A stretch of 64,000 nt of DNA from Eledone cirrhosa (lineage: Eukaryota): assembly GCA_964016885.1 (NCBI GenBank), contig OZ024761.1, positions 4,774,001-4,838,000 of the forward strand, given 5' to 3'. A program made the position numbers and the translations under genes. Below, in pieces: positions 54,305 through 64,000 of this stretch (position 1 is its first letter; every line of letters begins with the position of its first letter). Below the pieces are notes generated by a model. It did not search any database, had not been told where the DNA came from, and saw only the letters and a list, made by a program, of their open reading frames with translations.

Positions 54305-56594
54305 ATCACAACAACATACACTGCCACACAACACTTCCCTTACAACACATCACAACAACATACACTGCCACACAACACTTCCCTTACAACACATCACAAC
54401 AACATACACTGCCACACAACACTTCCCTTACAACACGTCACAACAACATACACTGCCACACAGCACTTCCCTTACAACACATCACAACGACATACACTGG
54501 CACACAACACTTCCCATGTCTTACAACACATCACAACATACACTGCCACACAATGCTTCCCTTACAACACATCACAACAACATACAGTGCCACAAAAAAC
54601 TTCCCGTATATCACAACACATCTCAACAACAGACACTGCCACACAACACTTCCCATGTCTTACAACACACCACAACATACACTGCCACACCACACTTCTC
54701 GTGTATCACAACACATCACAACAAGATACACTACCACACAACTCTTCCCGTGTCTCACAACACACCACAACAACATACACTGCCACACAACACTTCCCTT
54801 ACAATACATCACAACAACATACACTGCCACACAATACTTCCCATGTCTCACAACACATCACAACAACATACACTACCACACAACACTTCCCATTTCTTAC
54901 AACACATCACAACGACATACACTGCCACACAACACTTCCCTTACAATACATCTCAACAACAGACACTGCAACACAACACTTCCCATGTCTCACAACACAT
55001 CACAACATACACTGCCACACCACACTTCCTCTGTCATACAACACATCACAACGACACACACTACCACACAACACTTCCCATGTCTCACAACACATCACAA
55101 CATACACTGCCACACAACGCTTCCCTTACAACACATCACAACGACATACACTGCCACACAACACTTCCCTTACAACACATCTCAACAACAGACACTGCAA
55201 CACAACACTTCCCATGTCTCACAACACATCACAACATACACTGCCACACCACACTTCCCCTGTCATACAACACATCACAACGACACACACTACCACACAA
55301 CACTTCCCATGTCTCACAACACATCACAACATACACTTCCACACAACGCTTCCCTTACAACACATCACAACAACATACACTGCCACACAATGCTTCCCTT
55401 ACAACAAATCACAACAACATACACTGCCACACAACGCTTCCCTTACAACACATCACAACAACATACACTGCCACACCACACTTCCCGTGTCTTACAACAC
55501 ATCACAGCGACACACACTACCACACAACTCTTCCCGAGTCTCTCAACACATCACAACATACACTGCTACACAACGCTTCCCTTACAACACATCACAACAA
55601 CATACACTGCCACACCACACTTCCCCTGTCATACAACACATCACAGCGACACACACTACCACACAACTCTTCCCGTGTCTCTCAACACATCACAACATAC
55701 ACTGCCACACAATGCTTCCCTTACAACACATCACAACAACATACACTGCCACACAACACTTCCCGTGTATCACAACACATCACAACAACATACACTGCCA
55801 CACAACACTTACCTTACAACACATCTCAACAACAGACACTGCCACACAACACTTCCCATGTCTCACAACATACACTGCCACACCACACTTCCCGTGTTTT
55901 TCAACACATCACAGCGACACACACTACCACACAACTCTTCCCGTGTCTCACAACACACCACAACAACATACACTGCCACACAACACTTCCCATGTCTCAC
56001 AACACATCACAACATACACTGCCATACCACACTTCCCGTGTCTCACAACACACCACAACAACATACACTGCCACACAACACTTCCCTTACAACACATCAC
56101 AACAACATACACTGCCACACAACACTTCCCATGTCTCACAACACATCACAATGACATACACTGCCACACAACACTTCCCATGTCTTACAACACATCACAA
56201 CAACATACACTGCCACACAACACTTCCCATATCTCACAACACATCACAAGGACATACACTGCCACACAACACTTCCCATGTCTCACAACACATCACAATG
56301 ACATACACTGCCACACAACACTTCCCATGTCTCACAACACATCACAACAACATACACTGCCACACAACACTTCCCATGTCTCACAACACATCACAAGGAC
56401 ATACACTGCCACACAACACTTCCCATGTCTCACAACACATCACAACAACATACACTGCCACACAACACTTCCCATGTCTCACAACACATCACAAGGACAT
56501 ACACTGCCACACAACACTTCCCATGTCTCACAACACATCACAACAACATACACTGCCACACAACACTTCCCATGACTTACAACACATCACAACC
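54305..56594. repeat. CA-rich satellite of about 42-48 bp
   Basis: ACAACACATCACAACAACATACACTGCCACACAACACTTCCC(TT/ATGTCTC) unit. Open in all three + frames only because it lacks stop codons. Confidence 0.95.
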
Positions 56595-57045
56595 TAATGG
56601 ATGAAAAGCAAAATTGACTTCGGCCAGTTTCGAAGTCAGAGTTCTGTGAACCAGAACTAAAACCGCAAGGCATTTTATCGGACCTTCTAACGATCTGCCA
56701 ACTTCCCGCCTTTCATATCCGGCCAGAAATCTATCACCTCTTTCTCTTCAAACCGGCTGTAATTGGCCACTTATACTGATATTAAGGTATTGTTCTCAAA
56801 ATAAATAATATCAAAATCTCATAGATTCCATACCATGTGAAATAATTATGTGAGGTAAAACCTTTACCATGAAAATATGACAGTAAATATAGAGTAATTT
56901 AAATGCTAAAGGGTTAATAAAATAAAATAGAAATAAAATAGAAATAAAGAATTAACATATATTTCTCAAGAGAAGGACACACAGCAGTAAATCGTTATTT
57001 TATTGACAATCACAGTGTGTCACAACACAACACAAGATACACTAC

Positions 57046-57200
57046 CAGTGGTTCCCAAAGTGGGTTCTGCAGGAGTGTGTGAGGTTCCGTTAAAAGGGGT
57101 AGAGGAATGTATTTTAATACGACCAGTATTAGACTTCGGGGACCCCAAACTTTTTTGAGCCAAAAAGGGTTCCGCGTTTGAAAAGGTTTGGGGAACCCTG
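57046..57200. mobile_element. hAT-like MITE
   Basis: CAGTGGTTCCCAAA ... TTTGGGGAACCCTG termini. Confidence 0.55.
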
Positions 57201-57385
57201 TGATAGAGTGGTCTTCCATTGTCATCAAGCCAAGATTGGACTCTCTTCATTTAATACTGTACAAGGTCCCTAACAAAGACCAATCTCATATTGAAATCCC
57301 TTCATTTAATAATGTACACAGGCCCTAACAAAGACATTCACCATTAAAGAGTCCTACTCAACCCTATTTTGATTAATTGTATTTC

Positions 57386-57482
<97 letters not shown>

Positions 57483-57955
57483 AACCAGTAAGACCCCGAC
57501 AGCTGAGCTCAAGCCGTTTCGACGGCTAATTCTGGACTAAATGAAAATTTATCCTGGTATTTAAATAGCCGATCTTCTCAAGGGGTAATTCCATATATGG
57601 TCAAAGTGATTGTCAAAAATCAGTAGTAATTCTGTGGTTGCAAATTAGTAAGGGAGATGGTGCCTAAACCTGCCAGTAGGAGAAAGAGGGGAGGGGGTGG
57701 AGTAGCCCCAATCAAGCGTTTGTAGTGCCAGCTACAGCTGGGCATGAGGTCAAAGAAGATACAGGGGAGGGGGAGGGGGAGGAAGTCGGAACGGTAGGTA
57801 GAACAATGGGGGGTAGAAATATATAGGTAAGAAAAAATACTGAGAGTGAAGAAAAGCAAATAAGTGTAAAGAAAAACAAATGAGTGTAAAATATATATAT
57901 ATATATATTATATATTATATATATATATATTATATATATATATATAATATATAAA

Positions 57956-58139
57956 GGGCGGTGGATTGGCAGTATCGGTAGAGGGTCGGACGCCATGCTT
58001 TACAGCATAGTTACGGCTCTTTACAATCGGAGTTCAAATCCCGCCGAGGTTGACTTTGCCTTTCATCCTTACGGGGTCGATAAAATAAAGTACCAGTAAT
58101 GCACTGGGTAATTGCTGGCCTTGTGCCTAAAGTAGAAAC

Positions 58140-58143
<4 letters not shown>
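57956..58143 (+). mobile_element. tRNA-derived SINE with a Meta-like central domain (representative copy)
   Basis: A-box-like TGGCAGTATCGG, B-box GAGTTCAAATCC, and GCCTTTCATCCTTACGGGGTCGATAAAATAAAGTACCAG. Other copies at about 30950-31088, 41998-42113(-), 49149-49341, 51202-51388(-), 51880-51970(-), 52398-52512, 52794-52980, 53030-53165(-) and 59521-59708. Confidence 0.85.
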
Positions 58144-58177
<34 letters not shown>

Positions 58178-58436
58178 AGTTAAGAACTCAGAGTAGTCTC
58201 TTACAATTAAATAGCTCTAAGAAAAAGGCTTTTCCGAGCCGTACAATATAATTGAATAAACAAGAGAGATCAACACTAATATAAACATACATGTGTTCGA
58301 ATCGTAAGGACTAAAATTTGCTAGGGTGAAAAAATACTAACTACAGCAATATGGTTTGTTAACCTTAACTTTAAATATTAAATTAAGAAAAATAAAGAAA
58401 AATAACAGACCTATATTAGGCAAAACGCCTGGTAAT

Positions 58437-58512
58437 AACTAGACAGTGTTGGAGACTGTTTCGCAACGACTTATTAAGAGAAGTTCTCACGTTTCTCTGC
58501 TCCTCAGTAGTT
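58437..58512 (-). ncRNA. Canonical type I hammerhead ribozyme with full stem III and GUC cleavage triplet
   Basis: AACUA-CUGAGGA-gca...ugc-GAA-ACAGU-cuccaac-ACUGU-C-UAGUU; all three stems pair. Confidence 0.85.
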
Positions 58513-58765
58513 TCTCAACAAGAAATTAGTGATCCTTTCACTTCTAAAAATATTAGAGAATGAATTGTGTACGATATGAATTATCGCACGTGTCATTCGG
58601 AACCCAGCTTGTCTCGAAATTCCCTGCCGCTAAAAATAGCAGCCTGGCTGACAGGACATTAAAAATTAGCTCTACATGATGGAGCCGTCAAATATATATT
58701 GAGTTAAGAACTCAATATATTTTGTACGGCTCGGAAAAGCTTTTTTCTTAGAGCTATTTAATTGT

Positions 58766-58827
<62 letters not shown>

Positions 58828-58988
58828 GTAATAATAAATTTGAAGGCTAAAGTCCAAAGAGGGCTCGATAAGGATAAATATATATCAGATATATAAGAAC
58901 CGTAGACCAAATATTTATTAAAATTACAGATTAAAGTTGAAGCAGAGAATCGGTGAAAGCACCGATTCTTTGCTTAAACTTTAATCTG

Positions 58989-59038
<50 letters not shown>

Positions 59039-59202
59039 AATCGATCGACTTTCGTCAAATCGGACCGAGGAAACAATGTTCCCGTCGGTCTTTCCAGTTG
59101 CTAGTACTATCTATCGGTCGCAACTCCAGGTAGAAGGGACAACGTGAAATAAAGTGTCTTGCCCAAGGACATAACGCATCGCCCGGTCCACGAATCGAAC
59201 TC

Positions 59203-59240
<38 letters not shown>

Positions 59241-59722
59241 AATTCAGGTGTATTCAGACCTGGAGAGTGTTGGACTCCGCCAAGTTTGAAATAGTGCCCC
59301 AGAGACGCCGTATGACGGTACCTCTACGACTCCACAGGGAGTTATCGGACCTTTATCCTTTTATAAAAAAATGGCGTAAATATTACAATACAATAGGAGG
59401 GAACATGATAATAGTACCACTGATGATGTCACAGATGTGCAACGAAAGAACTTTGTTAGACTATATATATATATTTATATCTGTATTTATACATATATTA
59501 TATATATATATTATATTAATGGGCGGTGGATTGGCAGTATCAGTAGAGGGTCGGACGCCATGCTTTCTAGCATAGTTACGTCCCTTTACGATCTGAGTTC
59601 AAATCCCGCCGAGGTTGACTTTGCCTTTCATCCTTACGGGGTCGATAAAATAAAGTACCAGTAATGCACTGGGTAATTGCTGGCCTTGTGCCTAAAATAG
59701 AAACAATTATATATATATATAT

Positions 59723-59756
<34 letters not shown>

Positions 59757-59781
59757 ATAAATTATATATATATATTATATA

Positions 59782-59882
<101 letters not shown>

Positions 59883-59976
59883 ACCTATATATATATATAT
59901 AATATATATATATTTATAATATATATATATATAATATATATATAAGTATGTATATATATATATGTGTGTGTATATG

Positions 59977-60138
<162 letters not shown>

Positions 60139-60198
60139 AGTATGCATGTATACGTACATACATATATGTATACAGACGTACAGTAGCATGCACATATA

Positions 60199-60229
<31 letters not shown>

Positions 60230-60379
60230 GCATACAGGTACACATACATATATGCACGTATCAGTTTAGCGGCGCTTATAACGTCGCTTTGTTCGTTTGT
60301 AAAGAAACTGAACAGCCTGAATTTATGCCATACGGTGTTAAGGCAACCACGTCACCTTTTTGTTCAACACTGACACAGG

Positions 60380-60424
60380 AACGATGTACTAGTTTCAAGC
60401 TTATTAGCTATCATCAGCACCGTT
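60380..60424 (-). ncRNA. Minimal type I hammerhead ribozyme (repeat copy A)
   Basis: AACGGUG-CUGAUGA-uagcu-aaua-agcuu-GAA-ACUAGU-A-CAUCGUU; GUA triplet. Confidence 0.85.
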
Positions 60425-60847
60425 TACCCATCTGCCAGATAGTTGAACGTTCGAAAGTATATACTTTCCTTATGAAAATTAACGGCTGAGCAGCCTAATT
60501 TGCATATTGAGTGAGTTAAATCGGTCAGGCATACCGAAAACGATAAATTGAAACAAAATGAAAACGAAATTTCATTTCTCACTCTTAGTATGGTACTTAC
60601 TTAAATGTAAGTATGCATGTATACGTACATACATATATGTATACAGACGTACAGTAGCATGCACATATATATATATACATATATATATACATATGCATAC
60701 AGGTACACATACATATATGCACGTATCAGTTTAGCGGCGCTTATTATAACGTCGCTTTGTTCGTTTGTAAACAAACTGAACAGCCTGAATTTATGCCATA
60801 CGGTGTTAAGGCAACCACGTCACCTTTTTGTTCAACACTGACACAGG

Positions 60848-60892
60848 AACGATGTACTAGTTTCAAGCTTGTTAGCTATCATCAGCACCGTT
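60848..60892 (-). ncRNA. Minimal type I hammerhead ribozyme (repeat copy B)
   Basis: Same as copy A except the stem II loop is aaca; 468 bp from copy A in direct orientation. Confidence 0.85.
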
Positions 60893-61041
60893 TACCCATC
60901 TGCCAGATAGTTGAACGTTCGAAAGTATATACTTTCCTTATGAAAATTAACTCACTCAATATGCAAATTAGGCTGCTCAGCCGTTAATTTTCATAAGGAA
61001 AGTATATACTTTCGAACGTTCAACTATCTGGCAGATGGGTA

Positions 61042-61086
61042 AACGGTGCTGATGATAGCTAACAAGCTTGAAACTAGTACATCGTT
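61042..61086 (+). ncRNA. Minimal type I hammerhead ribozyme (inverted repeat copy C)
   Basis: AACGGTG CTGATGA TAGCTAACAAGCTT GAAA CTAGTA CATCGTT read directly on the + strand. Confidence 0.85.
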
Positions 61087-61391
61087 CCTGTGTCAGTGTT
61101 GAACAAAAAGGTGACGTGGTTGCCTTAACACCGTATGGCATAAATTCAGGCTGTTCAGTTTGTTTACAAACGAACAAAGCGACGTTATAATAAGCGCCGC
61201 TAAACTGATACGTGCATATATGTATGTGTACCTGTATGCATATGTATATATATATGTATATATATATATATATATGTGCATGCTACTGTACGTCTGTATA
61301 CATATATGTATGTACGTATACATGCATACTTACATTTAAGTAAGTGCCATACTAAGAGTAAGAAATGAAATTTCGTTTTCATTTTGTTTCA

Positions 61392-61449
<58 letters not shown>

Positions 61450-61451
<2 letters not shown>

Positions 61452-63490
61452 GTAATTGTGGGAGCTCAATGCAATGCCTAAAGGGAACGGGTACTGTGTG
61501 TAGAGTTATGTATAGAGAGCGTAATCGGTCCTAACTAAGTGTGTAATACGACTAGCTATATCCCAACTGAGAGAACTCAATGGTTAGGGTATCTTAAAGT
61601 AAAGGTAGGTGCGCGTAATCGGTCATGTCTGAGTGTGCAATCAATTACTAACTAGATATACTAAGTGTGTAATCAATTTACTAGCTGGGTATTCTAAAAA
61701 AGTGCACTCAACTGTGAGAACACCGTGGAAACAGGCCGAGTATCGTTTGTAAGTGCGCAAACAATCTTAGCCGTCCAACTACCTGAGTGTGTGAGTGTCT
61801 GTTTATTGAGAGAACTCTATGGCTAAAGTATAGAGGTGGGAGTTAGTGCTAGGTTACCTTCCAAAAATCCTGCGAAGGTTTTCGAGGTTCTATGTTGGCA
61901 GTTGCTGAAAAATCTGCTCCTATTAATTAATAGGGGGCCGCCTCTAATAATATTAAAAGTTTCAGCTATACATAAATTGCAGACGCCAGTGCTGCCGTTA
62001 TAAGGTTGGACTGAGCAAACTATGGACCAGGATAAGGAGTGCTCTATATTCTGATGTTTAAGCTTCCAGACTAATTCAGAAAGTGCCGTGCTATTTTTTT
62101 TATCTAATCTATTAAAGGTATGGCGGTGAATATACCATCTATCCTTAAATTCTGTGGCAGTTGCCCCAACATACCTAAAGGTTCTATCAGGAGTGGAGAC
62201 CTTACAGTCGTAGACTATGTTTTTGGTAAGGCATTTCCCAGCCATGGGGCAGGTGGCGGTGCTTCTGCAGTTACATTTTTTGCTATCGACCTGGGTAGTT
62301 CCAGATGGACCACGGTACCTTTGGGGTCTGGTCTCAGTTCCTGTCTGCTCTATTGGTAAATTCCCTGGGGTTGGGGAGACCCAACTCGCCTCACGTGTAT
62401 GAGTCAGTTCCTCAATAGAGCTGCCATTGTTCCTGCCATGCCTAAATCCCTCATGGGCTGTCCTAAGTCTACTATAATTCATCTTAGCTATATTCTGAGC
62501 TATGTTACTAGTTGTTGAATAGGACAGCTTGATGGTATTTCCATTGAATATTTTATAATATCTGTGCGATCTAGGGAAGCATTTGTCTAAGGCCCTAAAG
62601 AAAAGCTTAGCTATATTAGTGGTCAGGCCAGTGGTGTAAGGGGGATTATACCACAGGACTTTTCTGGTCCGATGCCTCTTCTTCTTACTAACTATATTAG
62701 AATTACCTGTCTCCCTAGTAGTTACTGGTCTATTGTAACTGGAAATTGCCTGTGGGTCGATGGTGTCCTGGGGTGTCACGATTGTGTTCGGAATCGTCTC
62801 AAGTCTCCAGGGCGGTGTATCCCCCGTGCGGCCAATGGGATTACCCTCGATAGCCGGGGTTGTATCCACTCTGCGTCTGCTACACCTGTCCCTATTCCCC
62901 TTACTCGACCCTCGTTCCATACTGCGTTCAACGGTAGTATTATTATTATTAGAGTTTCCGCTGGCGTTACGTTGCTCAGACCCCGTGTTAGTACCTGGGT
63001 GGTTGTTTCTATTGGTACCAACAGCATTGGGACTAGGCGGCAATGCAACATGAAGTCTATATAAATCCTCCCACGTATCACGCCTGCTGTTAACTAGAGT
63101 GTCACTATTTAGGCCTAAGCTATCGCAGGCAATGTAGCTTCTACTATTTAATGGACGTTTGAATGAGATTCCCTCGCTATGCCCCGCGCGTTTAAGGGCG
63201 CTATTATAGTAATTCGAGATCTTATTAAAGGTATCTTTATTGGAAGATAGTCCTGAAATTCTACTAGAGACGCTTTTGGTAATACCGTTAGTGACTATTC
63301 TAGGGGGGTTCGATTTTGCGTTGACATAGTTTAGATTCTCGTTGGGTTTGTGGTGGGGTTGGAAGAGTCCTGAATTGAGGTTAAGTGTAACATCTAGAAA
63401 ATTAACTATCTTTAAGTTCTCTCAAATACTATACTTAGGTCTATGCTCTTGAAGAATTTGCTAAGTTTTTTTCTCACCCTCTCTACCATA
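61450..63490 (-). mobile_element. Penelope-like element, 3' half (RT thumb, linker, GIY-YIG)
   Basis: VNFLDVTLNL..HKPNE..SNPP..YYNSALKRAG (63100-63420). ORF 61823-63043 has KVLWYNPPY, CNC..CPMAGKC, NIVY..YVGAT, TALSELVWKLK, CNLC, CQH. Confidence 0.9.
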
Positions 63491-63534
63491 CTACTACTTC
63501 TCTACCATATCAAGAATTTGAAGACAATTCATTT

Positions 63535-63608
63535 TCACTTGATGAGGTCAGTGATAATCGATCATGGCTTCACAATCGATCTATCACTTATTGAAACATG
63601 TGTCGTGA
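63535..63608 (+). ncRNA. Hammerhead-like motif with C3U core change
   Basis: UCAC-UUGAUGA-(..agugaua/uaucacu..)-GAA-ACAUGUGU-C-GUGA. Confidence 0.55.
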
Positions 63609-63848
63609 TTAAGTGATTGGAATTTTACCTTGCCTTCGGATTTTCATTTTGATACTAATACTCCGTTTTACATCATCTAGCTGTTCCCTTGAATGAAATT
63701 GGAGATATACAAAAGCGTGGAGAACTTAATATTGCTAACATAAAGTTATTGGACCATTTTACACAACCAATAATGCACCTTACTATATAACAACTATATA
63801 TATATGTGTATATATATGTGTGTGTGTATATATGTGAATATATGTGTA

Positions 63849-63910
<62 letters not shown>

Positions 63911-64000
63911 TAAGAGGAATTCCAACTTTGTCTGATTTACTCGTTTTATTTACAATCCTTTAAAATATATATAATGGTATTATAATGAAATAGTATGATA

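Noticed and set aside
54251-56597. 626-774 aa His/Thr-rich ORFs in three frames
   Set aside because: CA-rich satellite lacking stop codons; open in all + frames, with no domain or splice context.
59414-59460. CTGATGA...GAAA hammerhead candidate
   Set aside because: No stem I or stem III pairing could be formed.

Overview
AT-rich, microsatellite-saturated animal genomic DNA. The SINE and repeat repertoire looks like an octopod cephalopod (inference, not provable from the window). Almost all long ORFs in the supplied track are artefacts of simple repeats. One intact host gene can be reconstructed by hand: a 4-exon secreted single-lobe (monolobal) transferrin on the + strand (CDS join 23278-23335, 29580-29766, 30764-30882, 35600-36192; 957 nt, 318 aa), with a TATA box, a polyA signal and all four iron ligands. 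There is also a 5'-truncated processed pseudogene of amidophosphoribosyltransferase (PPAT/purF). The rest is transposon-derived: R4/Dong-like RLE LINEs sitting in (TACA)n tracts, RTE/RTEX fragments and RTE-derived non-autonomous elements, Penelope-like (GIY-YIG) fragments, a Helitron 3' end, hAT and piggyBac MITEs, tRNA-derived SINEs and several satellites. A non-coding layer that the ORF track misses: about 10 hammerhead ribozymes with intact cores and about 6 degenerate ones. Three of them form a tandem plus inverted, ORF-less, retrozyme-like unit at 60.1-61.4 kb, and one lies in sense orientation inside transferrin intron 1.
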